Positions 1 through 8,121 of a DNA stretch of 33,324 nt are shown here, piece by piece. The DNA lies in the IMG/VR virus record IMGVR_UViG_2778261568_000008, positions 1 through 33,324 of that record; one strand, 5' to 3'. Origin of the DNA: a virus (lineage: Duplodnaviria; Heunggongvirae; Uroviricota; Caudoviricetes). Position 1 is the first letter of the stretch. The number at the start of each line of letters is the position of its first letter. The position numbers and the translations under genes were made by a program. Under the pieces are notes generated by a model. The model was not told where the DNA came from. It was given only the letters and a program-made list of their open reading frames with translations, and did no database searches.

Positions 1-201
1 TCAGGCAGCCTTGTTATTCTGTTTACCAAGTTCTCTGGCAATCATTGCCGTCGTTCGTATTGCCCATTTATCGACATATTTCCCATCTTCCATTACAGGA
101 AACATTTCTTCAGGCTTAACCATGCATTCCGATTGCAGCTTGCATCCATTGCATCGTTTGAATTGTCCACACCATTGATTTGTATCAATAGTCGTAGTCA
201 T
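1..201 (-). CDS. ral: Ral-like restriction-alleviation protein (66 aa, Cys-rich CxxxxxCxxC)
   Basis: Complete ORF, stop at 1-3; lies downstream of N in the leftward operon; size and sequence match my recollection of lambda Ral (unverified). Confidence 0.5.
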   Translation of the reverse strand: MTTTIDTNQWCGQFKRCNGCKLQSECMVKPEEMFPVMEDGKYVDKWAIRTTAMIARELGKQNNKAA

Positions 202-471
202 ACGGATAGTCCTGGTATTGTTCCATCACATCCTGAGGATGCTCTTCGAACTCTTCAAATTCTTCTTCCATATCTCACCTCAAATAAGTGGTTTGCTGCG
301 AAAGTAAATACGCTTAAGTTACCTGTTATTTATCCCACCAAGTTCCGTATCTATCTATCCAGTTACACCAATCATCGACACTCCATTTTGTTGTGTCGCA
401 TTTTGGCAACTGGCATGAATATCTACCTTCTTTGTAAAGTCGGCGTTTGACTTTCTTGAGCATGGCTCACC

Positions 472-777
472 TCAATCGTAATAAGCTGGAATTGATTTTC
501 CGCGTTGCTTCTGGCGGCCTGAACAGGTCACACCCATTTCACTGCGTGGCTTGCGGTAGTAAATACGATTCTGTTTACGCTCGACTTCTTCTGCCTTCTT
601 GCAGCGAAGGCTTCCGAGTGATGCTGCTTTATCTGCTCTGACGCAACCAGAGAGCTTTAGCGCAATTTTTCGTGCCAGTCGCTGCTCTTGCATTGCCTGT
701 TCACGTTGAGCCTGTCTGCGTGCTCTGCGGCGATTTCTGGCGTTATCGTCAGCCAGATATGTAATGACTACTGTCAT
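472..777 (-). CDS. N: N-family transcription antiterminator
   Basis: Start taken at the ATG at 777 with GGAGG 6 nt upstream, not the track start at 870. N-terminal arginine-rich motif DNARNRRRARRQAQREQ; C-terminus NRIYYRKPRSEMGVTCSGRQKQRGKSIP resembles the lambda N C-terminus. Confidence 0.8.
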   Translation of the reverse strand: MTVVITYLADDNARNRRRARRQAQREQAMQEQRLARKIALKLSGCVRADKAASLGSLRCKKAEEVERKQNRIYYRKPRSEMGVTCSGRQKQRGKSIPAYYD

Positions 778-1089
778 GTTGACCTCCGATGAAACAACTT
801 TGGAATTGATAGTGATTGCAAAGTGGTTTCTGGCCCCTCGAACTGAGGGGCAGAAAGAGCATCTCGCCACCTAATAGGTCGATGCTCGGATCGAGAGATT
901 TAATTAACCTCGGTTTTGAAGTTATGCATTCACATAAATCCTCCTACCTCTTGTGCAGCTTTCTTGAATATGGTGGCGGCTGCATAACGCCTATGGAATT
1001 GACTTTGGCGGTGACGCGCCGGGTGCTTATCTTCCGGTTGCCGTCGTGCAGCTGCACTTCACGTCACCCCAAAGCCAACTACTCTTTGG

Positions 1090-1132
1090 TTCCCGCATTT
1101 CGGCGGGACAATCCCATCAATGTTAAAGAGCC
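1090..1132 (-). promoter_or_regulatory. nutL: boxA (1121-1132, GGCTCTTTAACA on the minus strand) plus boxB hairpin (1090-1108)
   Basis: The 19-nt boxB core is identical to the nutR boxB and boxA matches nutR at 11/12 positions, with 12-13 nt spacing in both; sits between PL and N. Confidence 0.65.
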
Positions 1133-1177
1133 TGCCAATCTGTTCCGTTTGGCTACCAGCGTCCTGCTGATGGCTAA

Positions 1178-1206
1178 AGAATACTGTAGGTATTTTATTG
1201 TGTAAA
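1178..1206 (-). promoter_or_regulatory. PL promoter (-35 TTTACA at 1201-1206, -10 TATTCT at 1178-1183, minus strand)
   Basis: 17-bp spacer; the -10 hexamer is the same as in PR and overlaps OL1. Confidence 0.5.
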
Positions 1207-1264
1207 TACCCAAGGTATTTATTTTTGGTGAAATAATGATAACCAAATGAATACAAAGGATATT
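1180..1264. promoter_or_regulatory. OL operators: AATAC-N5-GTATT sites at 1180-1194 and 1205-1219, degenerate third site at 1250-1264
   Basis: Same 15-bp inverted-repeat motif as the three OR sites; two sites are 25 bp centre to centre. Confidence 0.6.
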
Positions 1265-1350
1265 TATTTTTTCGGTGTCTGCTTGTTCAGTGTTTTTTAT
1301 GCGGGATATGTGAAGTGGATCCCGATAGCTATTGCTGTCGGGATTATGGG

Positions 1351-1719
1351 TTAGTCAGCGAAGGTTAAGACGAGAATTACCTTAATGATGTCTGCTACAA
1401 CAGACACGGCCATAGATAAACCAAAGACGATCCAAGCCATAGAGATGTCTTCACTACCATCGTATAGAGTTCCGTAATCACTGGTGTAAGGCGTAAATGT
1501 CGCGCCTTGATACAACAGGTATAAGCTTGAACCATAGAGGATAAATGCAGATATCCCTTGTATTGCTATGATCACTAGAATCATGAAACGAGCTGATCTA
1601 TGCGCCCAAGCCTGGCTTATTTTTTCTGATAGAGATTTCGCAATAAAAGCATGCGCTAAGCCGTAAATTGTCGAGATTGCCAACATCCCAAAAAAGCTTG
1701 CTATAGCGGTTCCAACCAT
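1351..1719 (-). CDS. Small multi-pass membrane protein (about 122 aa) co-transcribed with the repressor
   Basis: Hydrophobic throughout, roughly four predicted TM segments. ATG at 1719 with AAGGGG upstream lies 18 nt past the cI stop (track TTG start at 1740 overlaps the cI stop). Occupies the rexAB position. Confidence 0.6.
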   Translation of the reverse strand: MVGTAIASFFGMLAISTIYGLAHAFIAKSLSEKISQAWAHRSARFMILVIIAIQGISAFILYGSSLYLLYQGATFTPYTSDYGTLYDGSEDISMAWIVFGLSMAVSVVADIIKVILVLTFAD

Positions 1720-1736
1720 AATCGCCCCTTGCGTGA

Positions 1737-2453
1737 TCAAACCAGCCTTAGTTTTGTCTCAATTGCAACGCCTATAATCTTGCAGTTTCCATTGATTGGC
1801 ACGAGAGGCCATGCAGGATTAAGTCCCTTGAGGTATTTATTTCCGCCGTCGATTATCAGCTTCTTGAATGTTGCTTCGTTAGAGTCAGAAAGTTTTGCTA
1901 TGACCAAGCTGCCGTTGATCGCCTCCCTTCCGGTATCGAAAAGAACGAATGTTCCCTCTGGAATGCTTAACCCAACCGGTGCCGTCATTGAATCACCTTC
2001 CACTTTAAGCCAGAACGCATTACCTTGAATATGCGCGTCAGACTCAAGCCAAACATCTATGTCTTTAATGGTGTATGGTTCGCATGCTTCACACCACGAG
2101 CCAGCCTGGATACTGCTTAACACCGGATACCTCTTTCCTGCTCTGTATTCCCCTGCATACCTTACGTTGGCATCGCTCTTAAGGCTTTCTGCCTGTTCTG
2201 CAACCTTGGCAGCAATTGACTGGCTAAAATCAGCAATTGATACTTGCAACAATCGTGCAAAACCAGATGCAACCTCAACGTTTAGCGCGTTTCTGCCATT
2301 AAGATAATGCCCTACCGCTCCTTGGGTGATACCCAGTTCATCAGCGATTGAGTATTGGGTTATTCCCAATTCTTTCTTTTTTGACTCATACAAAGCCTTA
2401 AGCCGCTTAGCGTCTTCTAGCTGTTCTGTCGTCAGTGATTTTTTATTTTCCAT
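1737..2453 (-). CDS. cI: CI-type prophage repressor (N-terminal HTH, C-terminal S24 LexA-like peptidase domain)
   Basis: C-terminal domain with GDSM serine motif and conserved Lys, closely resembling P22 C2; the N-terminal HTH is different. No SD before the ATG at 2453, consistent with a leaderless PRM transcript. Confidence 0.95.
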   Translation of the reverse strand: MENKKSLTTEQLEDAKRLKALYESKKKELGITQYSIADELGITQGAVGHYLNGRNALNVEVASGFARLLQVSIADFSQSIAAKVAEQAESLKSDANVRYAGEYRAGKRYPVLSSIQAGSWCEACEPYTIKDIDVWLESDAHIQGNAFWLKVEGDSMTAPVGLSIPEGTFVLFDTGREAINGSLVIAKLSDSNEATFKKLIIDGGNKYLKGLNPAWPLVPINGNCKIIGVAIETKLRLV

Positions 2454-2459
2454 AGCTTA

Positions 2460-2530
2460 ATTCTAATAGCTAAGGTACTTAAACTAAAAATACCCTGAGT
2501 ATTGATTGCTTTGAATACCTGTAGTATTCT
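2460..2530. promoter_or_regulatory. OR region: OR3 2465-2479, OR2 2489-2503, OR1 2514-2528; PRM -10 TAGAAT (minus, 2460-2465); PR -35 TTGATT 2502-2507 and -10 TATTCT 2525-2530
   Basis: Three AATAC-N5-GTATT sites spaced 24-25 bp between divergent cI and cro; PRM -10 places the transcript start on the cI ATG. Confidence 0.65.
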
Positions 2531-2559
2531 TTGTTCATGGTTAATAACGGAGAGTGCAT

Positions 2560-2754
2560 ATGATTCGAATGACACTTGCCGATTACGCCAAAATCCATGG
2601 ACAGGCTAAAGCAGCCAGTGACTTTGGTGTAATCCAGTGCGCTATCAGCAAGGCCATTCTGGCAGGCCGTAACATCATGGTTACGGTAAAGCCTGATGGC
2701 AGTGTGATTGGAGAGGAAGTTCGTCCTTTCCCAAGCAACAAGAAAAACAAATAG
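2560..2754 (+). CDS. cro: Cro repressor
   Basis: 64 aa with lambda Cro-like sequence ([29 protein letters not shown] ... PFPSNKK); GGAGAG 5 nt before the ATG at 2560. Confidence 0.9.
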   Translation: MIRMTLADYAKIHGQAKAASDFGVIQCAISKAILAGRNIMVTVKPDGSVIGEEVRPFPSNKKNK

Positions 2755-2760
2755 TAACAC

Positions 2761-2806
2761 CGCTCTTTAACAGTCATGGTCCTCATTCCCGCCGAAATGC
2801 GGGAAT
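2761..2806 (+). promoter_or_regulatory. nutR: boxA CGCTCTTTAACA (2761-2772) plus boxB hairpin (2785-2806, 8-bp stem, loop CGAAAT)
   Basis: Exact boxA consensus followed by a perfect hairpin, located just after cro as in lambda. Confidence 0.7.
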
Positions 2807-2862
2807 ACAACGCGCATAAGTTGATGCGCATAACTTCTTATTTGTTAAGGAAATACTTACAT

Positions 2863-3141
2863 ATGGAACTTACAAGTACTCGCAAGAAAGCGAATGCAAT
2901 TACAAGCAACATCCTGAATCGAATTGCTGTACGTGGTCAGCGAAAGGTTGCCGACGCGTTAGGGATTAATGAATCGCAAATTTCGCGATGGAAAGACAGC
3001 TTCATCCCCAAAATGGGAATGCTTCTTGCTGTTCTTGAATGGGGTGTTGAAGACGAGGAGTTGGCGGAACTGGCTAAGAAAGTAGCCAGAATGCTGACAA
3101 AAGAAAAAGCCCCGAAGAACGGCGAATTCTTCGAGGCCTGA
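2863..3141 (+). CDS. cII: CII transcriptional activator
   Basis: Start taken at the ATG at 2863; sequence [24 protein letters not shown] resembles lambda CII. Confidence 0.8.
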   Translation: MELTSTRKKANAITSNILNRIAVRGQRKVADALGINESQISRWKDSFIPKMGMLLAVLEWGVEDEELAELAKKVARMLTKEKAPKNGEFFEA

Positions 3142-3175
3142 TGTAGAAAGACTGGATCAATCCACGGGAGTCATT

Positions 3176-3322
3176 ATGACAAAACAACTCAGTCCTTACC
3201 AGGACAAAATTCACAAACACATACTACGTGATCGCTTCCTGTCCAGCTTCAAGCAGCCTGGTCGATTCCGGGCTGAGTTGGAAAAAGTGAAGCTGATGCA
3301 GAAGGAGAAAGGTCATGAGTAA
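3176..3322 (+). CDS. Small hypothetical protein (48 aa)
   Basis: GGGAG 5 nt before the ATG; stop overlaps the O start. Not in the ORF track (under 60 aa). Confidence 0.3.
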   Translation: MTKQLSPYQDKIHKHILRDRFLSSFKQPGRFRAELEKVKLMQKEKGHE

Positions 3323-4214
3323 CATATCTAATCTAGCCGAAGCCAGAGAGGCCAGAAGGCTACAACAACCGCATCAAAGCAGCGGTAAGGGGTATGCCTT
3401 GCTGCACCGTAAAATTATGGATGTGCCGTTTTACAAGGACGCAGAAGCAGCACATCTGTGGGTTCACTTAATCCTCAAAGCAAAGCATACGCCTGAGTAT
3501 GTAATGACTGACGCAGGAGAAATTCTGGTAGGCAGAGGTAAGCTACTTGGCGGTAGAAACTCTCTGGCGTTTGAAACAGGACTCAAACCAGATCGCGTTC
3601 AGTACCTGCTTAGAAAGTTCAAAAAACTCGGCATGATTGACTGGGTTTCACACGGTAAATTCTCAGTTTTCTCGGTAGAGAAATATGACGATTATCAGTC
3701 AAATTTTGTACCAGCAGATTACCAGCAAATTACCACCTCAAAGCCAGCAATACCAATGCCTGCAAGCAATACTGTACCAGCAGATTACCAGCAAATTACC
3801 ACAGATAAAGAATATAATAATATTATCTCTAATACTGACGTATTAGAGAGTGCCACAGCAGACAAAAAGTCTGACAAGAAAAAACCTTCCGTCAGCTGTC
3901 AGGATGTTGTCGATGCTTACCACGAAATCCTTCCTGAAGCGCCAAGAATCCGCGCACTGAATGACAAGCGTAAAAACCAGATCCGAACGTTCTGGCGCAA
4001 AGCCGGAGTGATAACCCGACAGCTTGACGGGCATGGTTTCACGATGCAGGACTGGAGAAATTATTTGAGCTACGTTGGCGAAAATTGCCGATGGATGTTC
4101 GAAGAGCGCCCAAACCATCAGCGCGGAACCGTCTGGCACAAAAAGGGATTTGATTTCCTGCTTAACGACAATACCTACCTGAAAGTTCGTGAGGGTGAAC
4201 ACGATGACCGATAA
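3315..4214 (+). CDS. O: Replication initiator O-like protein
   Basis: Position after cII, GGAGAAAGG RBS, internal iterons encoding the repeated peptide [10 protein letters not shown]; stop overlaps the helicase start. Confidence 0.85.
   Translation: MSNISNLAEAREARRLQQPHQSSGKGYALLHRKIMDVPFYKDAEAAHLWVHLILKAKHTPEYVMTDAGEILVGRGKLLGGRNSLAFETGLKPDRVQYLLRKFKKLGMIDWVSHGKFSVFSVEKYDDYQSNFVPADYQQITTSKPAIPMPASNTVPADYQQITTDKEYNNIISNTDVLESATADKKSDKKKPSVSCQDVVDAYHEILPEAPRIRALNDKRKNQIRTFWRKAGVITRQLDGHGFTMQDWRNYLSYVGENCRWMFEERPNHQRGTVWHKKGFDFLLNDNTYLKVREGEHDDR
3708..3802. repeat. Replication-origin iterons inside the O gene: two 29-bp direct repeats (3708-3736, 3774-3802), each holding two ACCAGCA(G/A)ATTACC half-repeats
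   Basis: Exact direct repeats read in the sequence, followed by an AT-rich stretch at 3803-3840, as in the lambda ori. Confidence 0.7.
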
Positions 4215-5640
4215 TTTTTATGCGCCGCCCCATAGCATCGAGGCAGAGCAGGCGGTGATTGGTGGATTGCTTCTGGATGATGACAGCAGTGAGCGCGTCC
4301 AGAAAGTTCTGGCGATGCTGAAGCCTGATTCATTTTACAGCCGACCACACAAAATCCTTTTCGAAGAAATAACCAGAATGCACCGGGAGCAAAAGCCAGT
4401 AGATGGCCTGACGCTTTTCGATGAACTGGAGCGTAAATCGTTAACGGTGTCTGTTGGCGGTTTTGCTTATATCGCTGAGATCGCAAAGAACACGCCAAGC
4501 GCAGCAAACATCGTTGCCTATGCAATGCAGGTACGTGAAACCGCAATGGAACGCTACGCCATCAACCGCATGACTGAAGCGACGGAATTGCTCTATTCCC
4601 GCAACGGAATGACTGCGACGCAGAAGTACGAAGCTATTCAGGCGATTTTCACGCAACTGACAGACCATGCAAAAACAGGATCGCGTCGCGGCCTTCGCTC
4701 ATTTGGTGAGGTCATGGAAGACTGGGTTAGCGACCTTGAGAAGCGATTTGACCCGTCAGGCGAACAACGAGGAATGAGCACAGGGATCCCATCGCTGGAC
4801 AGGATGCTGTCACCGAAAGGTCTGGTGAAAGGCTCTCTGTTTGTCATTGGCGCTCGCCCTAAGATGGGGAAAACGACGCTATACAGCCAGATGGCAATCA
4901 ACTGCGCAGTGCATGAGAAAAAGCCCGCTCTGATGTTCAGCCTTGAAATGCCCGGTGACCAGATACTGGAAAAACTGGTAGGGCAGAAGTCAGGTGTTAA
5001 CCCAAATATTTTTTACCTTCCGGCGACAAATGACGCTGATGACGGCTATCAGGGTGATTACGATGGTGACTTCAACAGGGCGATCGAAACAGCCAATCGC
5101 TTGAGTGAAATCGACCTGCTTTACATCGACGACACGCCGGGATTATCTCTGGCTCAAATCGTCAGCGAAAGCCGTCGAATCAAACGAGAAAAAGGATGCG
5201 TTGGCATGATTCTGGTCGATTACCTGACACTAATGACTGCTGAGAAGGCCGATCGCAACGACCTTGCTTACGGCATGATCACCAAAGGACTGAAGAACCT
5301 TGCCAAAGAGCTTGATTGCGTTGTTGTGCTTCTGACACAGCTTAACCGCGCATTGGAAAGCCGAACCAATAAACGCCCATTACCAAGTGACTCGCGCGAT
5401 ACAGGGCAGATTGAACAGGATTGCGATTATTGGGTCGGGATCCATCGTGAAGGCGCTTTTGATGACAGCGTTCCTCCTGGTGAAACCGAACTAATCCTTC
5501 GCCTCAATCGTCATGGCAATACCGGTACGGTGTATTGCATTCAGGCAAATGGCGCTATTTATGACACAGACCAACAGTCTGCTGAAATTCGCCGCCGTGA
5601 ACGCGAGGAACCGCAGTCCAAGAAGAAAGGAGGATTCTGA
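4204..5640 (+). CDS. Replicative DNA helicase (DnaB family, P22 gp12-like)
   Basis: Walker A GARPKMGKTT and DnaB-like N-terminal domain; ATG at 4204 overlaps the O stop. Confidence 0.95.
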   Translation: MTDNFYAPPHSIEAEQAVIGGLLLDDDSSERVQKVLAMLKPDSFYSRPHKILFEEITRMHREQKPVDGLTLFDELERKSLTVSVGGFAYIAEIAKNTPSAANIVAYAMQVRETAMERYAINRMTEATELLYSRNGMTATQKYEAIQAIFTQLTDHAKTGSRRGLRSFGEVMEDWVSDLEKRFDPSGEQRGMSTGIPSLDRMLSPKGLVKGSLFVIGARPKMGKTTLYSQMAINCAVHEKKPALMFSLEMPGDQILEKLVGQKSGVNPNIFYLPATNDADDGYQGDYDGDFNRAIETANRLSEIDLLYIDDTPGLSLAQIVSESRRIKREKGCVGMILVDYLTLMTAEKADRNDLAYGMITKGLKNLAKELDCVVVLLTQLNRALESRTNKRPLPSDSRDTGQIEQDCDYWVGIHREGAFDDSVPPGETELILRLNRHGNTGTVYCIQANGAIYDTDQQSAEIRRREREEPQSKKKGGF

Positions 5641-5668
5641 TGACCATCTACATCACTGAGCTGATAGC

Positions 5669-5700
5669 AGGCCTGCTGGTAATCGCAGGCCTTTTTATTT
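5669..5700 (+). terminator. Rho-independent terminator after the replication genes
   Basis: 7-bp GC-rich stem (GGCCTGC / GCAGGCC), 8-nt loop, then TTTTTATTT. Confidence 0.6.
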
Positions 5701-5715
5701 GGGGGAGGGTAAATC

Positions 5716-5922
5716 GTGGTTGAGTTGATTTTTTCTGTATTGAGGATTCTCGGTGCTATGTGGATGGTGGTGACGTTCATTGTGGTTGCCAGCAGTTTTA
5801 TCCGGTTGGTGGGTGAAGGTAAAGACATGGTGGGTGTGCTTTTCGGTAGCATTCTCATGTGGGTGATTATCGGTGTTGCGCCTGTCGCTGTAGCAAAAAT
5901 GGCGTGGCGTTTTGTGAGTTGA
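5716..5922 (+). CDS. Small hydrophobic membrane protein (68 aa, GTG start)
   Basis: GGGGGAGGG RBS 5 nt before the GTG; two predicted TM segments. Confidence 0.35.
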   Translation: MVELIFSVLRILGAMWMVVTFIVVASSFIRLVGEGKDMVGVLFGSILMWVIIGVAPVAVAKMAWRFVS

Positions 5923-5939
5923 ACTGAGGGTAAGTATCG

Positions 5940-6296
5940 ATGGACGAATCAAGAAAGCAGTTTGAGGAATACGTTGCCAAAAAATTGAGATTACCATTCG
6001 AGATGATAACCGAGGCAAGAAATGGTGATAGGTACTTCGCATTTTCAAGCATGGATATTCGTCACTCCTTAAATGAGTGGTGGACTTTATGGCAGGCATC
6101 GCGAGCAGCTATTGAACTGGATATCGACTGGCCAGAATCGAATGACGACTTTTGGAAAGATGGTGAAGAAGGTGCTTATGCGATGGGTTATGAGGATGGG
6201 CGTGACAAAACGGTAATTGCAGTAATGAAAGCTATCAGAGCCGCTGGAATTAAAGAGAAGAATTTCGATGAAGCAAACAATCTTCCTCCGAAGTAA
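5940..6296 (+). CDS. Hypothetical nin-region protein (118 aa)
   Basis: ORF with coding-like composition in the early rightward operon; no motif recognised. Confidence 0.55.
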   Translation: MDESRKQFEEYVAKKLRLPFEMITEARNGDRYFAFSSMDIRHSLNEWWTLWQASRAAIELDIDWPESNDDFWKDGEEGAYAMGYEDGRDKTVIAVMKAIRAAGIKEKNFDEANNLPPK

Positions 6297-6678
6297 GCAA
6301 CAACAGCAAGCCGCAATCAACGCCATCCTCGCAACACCACTCGATAAAGACAAGCCAGTCACCATCCGCATTACTGACTACAAGCGCAACCTTGACCAGA
6401 ACGCAAAATTTCACGCGATGCTGGCGGATATCGCTCGTCAGGTTCAATGGTGCGGCAAATGGTTAAAACCGGAACAATGGAAGGTTTTGTTGATCAGCGG
6501 TCATTCAGTGGCAACAAAGCAGGAAGCTGATGTTTTGCCCGGCCTTGAAGGCGAATACGTCAACATTAGGGAGAGCAGCGCACAGATGAGCGTGAAGCGT
6601 ATGGCAAGTCTGATCGAGTACACAACAGCATGGGCTATTGGTCAGGGTGTCAGATTTACCGACAGGAGGTACGAATGA
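6268..6678 (+). CDS. ninB: NinB-like recombination protein
   Basis: Resembles lambda NinB ([37 protein letters not shown]). Confidence 0.85.
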   Translation: MKQTIFLRSKQQQQAAINAILATPLDKDKPVTIRITDYKRNLDQNAKFHAMLADIARQVQWCGKWLKPEQWKVLLISGHSVATKQEADVLPGLEGEYVNIRESSAQMSVKRMASLIEYTTAWAIGQGVRFTDRRYE

Positions 6679-6851
6679 GACGACAGCGACGAAGTATCAC
6701 CGACATCATCTGCGAAAACTGCAAATACCTTCCAACGAAACGCTCCAGAAATAAACGCAAGCCAATCCCAAAAGAATCTGACGTAAAAACCTTCAACTAC
6801 ACGGCTCACCTGTGGGATATCCGGTGGCTAAGACATCGTGCGAGGAAATGA
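6675..6851 (+). CDS. ninE: NinE-like protein
   Basis: AGGAGG before the ATG at 6675; [20 protein letters not shown] matches my recollection of lambda NinE. Confidence 0.7.
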   Translation: MRRQRRSITDIICENCKYLPTKRSRNKRKPIPKESDVKTFNYTAHLWDIRWLRHRARK

Positions 6852-7237
6852 CAATGGATTATTCACAGTTAAGTGATTTTGAAATTAACGTGGCGGTATT
6901 CGAAGCCATTCATAACGGATCACCGGATTACAAAGAAGGTGAGAATGGCGCGATGGTGTTTATCTCATTTGAGGGAGACATTGTAAACGGAGACGCAGTT
7001 GAAGTAGAGGTTGAGCGCGAATCCTTTAACCCATGCGCAAACCCAGCAGACGCATGGCCGATTATCACTGAAAACAACATCAGCATAATTTTAGACAATC
7101 CCTCAATGCCGTGCGCTACAGACAACGCAAGGGACTTGTTTGATGATGCCGGACCGAATGTTGGTGTCGCATATGACAATCCACTCCGTGCCGCCATGAT
7201 TGTCTTTCTCATGATGCAGGACGCCAATAATGCTTAG
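6848..7237 (+). CDS. Hypothetical acidic nin-region protein (129 aa)
   Basis: ATG at 6848 overlaps the ninE stop; coding-like composition. Confidence 0.55.
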   Translation: MTMDYSQLSDFEINVAVFEAIHNGSPDYKEGENGAMVFISFEGDIVNGDAVEVEVERESFNPCANPADAWPIITENNISIILDNPSMPCATDNARDLFDDAGPNVGVAYDNPLRAAMIVFLMMQDANNA

Positions 7238-7406
7238 CCCATCCCAATCCCTTCAATACCAGAAAGAAAGCGTCGAGCGAGCTTTAACGTGCGCTAACTG
7301 CGGTCAGAATCTGCATGTGCTGGAAGTTCATGTGTGTGAGCACTGCTGCGCAGAACTGATGAGCGATCCGAATAGCTCAATGTACGAGGAAGAAGACGAT
7401 GAATGA
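7230..7406 (+). CDS. ninF: NinF-like protein (58 aa, Cys-rich)
   Basis: KESVERALTCANCGQNLHVLEVHVCEHCCAELMSDPNSS resembles lambda NinF. Not in the ORF track. Confidence 0.7.
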   Translation: MLSPSQSLQYQKESVERALTCANCGQNLHVLEVHVCEHCCAELMSDPNSSMYEEEDDE

Positions 7407-8121
7407 GTTAATAAATGGCAACGCCATCAAAATGACAAGCATTGAAATCGCTGAGTTGGTGGGAAGTCGTCATGACAAGGTGAAACAATCTATTGAACGA
7501 CTGGCGGCTCGAGGTGTGATCCGAAATCCCCCAATGGTGGTTTTCTAAAAAATCAATAACTTAGGATTACTTCGTGGCGTAGAGGCTTACGTTTTTGAGG
7601 GCGAACAAGGTAAGCGAGACAGTATTGTCGTTGTAGCCCAGTTGTCGCCGGAATTCACCGCTCGTCTTGTTGATCGTTGGCGAGAGCTTGAAGAAACTAC
7701 GGTTAATATCCCCAAAACGCTACCGGAAGCGTTGCGCCTTGCTGCTGATCTTGCTGAGAAGAAAATGCAACTGGAAAACCAGCTCGCAATTGCCGCACCT
7801 AAAGTTGAGTTTGCCGATCGCGTTGGCGAGGCCAGCGGAATTTTGATTGGAAACTTTGCAAAGGTTGTTGGAATTGGTCCAAACAAACTGTTTGCGTGGA
7901 TGCGCGATCACAAAATCCTTATTGCTTCAGGTTCCCGGCGCAATGTGCCAATGCAGGAATATATGGATCGCGGCTATTTCACAGTGAAAGAAACAGCGGT
8001 CAACACAAATCACGGAATACAGATATCGTTCACCACAAAAATCACCGGGCGTGGTCAACAGTGGCTGACCAGAAAGCTGCTCGATAACGGAATGCTGAAA
8101 GTAACAGGGGAGGCCGCTTAA
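7399..8121 (+). pseudogene. Phage antirepressor (Rha-like N-terminus plus KilAC C-terminus) interrupted by an in-frame TAA at 7546-7548
   Basis: One frame runs 7399-8121 with a single stop after codon 49; the sequence after the stop (KINNLGLLRGVEAYVFEGEQGK...) continues without a start codon into the track ORF at 7642. Confidence 0.6.

Noticed and set aside
133-450. 105-aa plus-strand ORF
   Set aside because: Overlaps the minus-strand Ral-like and small ORFs, has no RBS and runs antisense to the leftward operon; likely spurious.
778-870. Longer N start at 870 given by the ORF track
   Set aside because: The ATG at 777 has a strong GGAGG RBS and gives an N protein of typical size; the extension would place the leader hairpin inside the coding region.
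816-1205. 129-aa plus-strand ORF across the nutL / PL region
   Set aside because: Covers regulatory sequence (nutL, PL, OL) and has no translation signals; likely spurious.
2479-2831. Minus-strand ORFs (93 and 82 aa) across OR and cro
   Set aside because: Antisense to cro and the operator region, which are well supported; no RBS.
3708-3802. Direct repeats that could be mistaken for a CRISPR array
   Set aside because: Only two 29-bp units, inside a coding sequence and encoding a repeated peptide; they fit replication-origin iterons, not CRISPR repeats.
5640-5723. 27-codon hydrophobic ORF directly after the helicase stop
   Set aside because: Its sequence is the terminator hairpin and T-run; more likely a terminator than a gene.
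5695-6099. 134-aa His-rich minus-strand ORF
   Set aside because: Antisense to two plus-strand ORFs with better signals; the composition is an antisense artefact.
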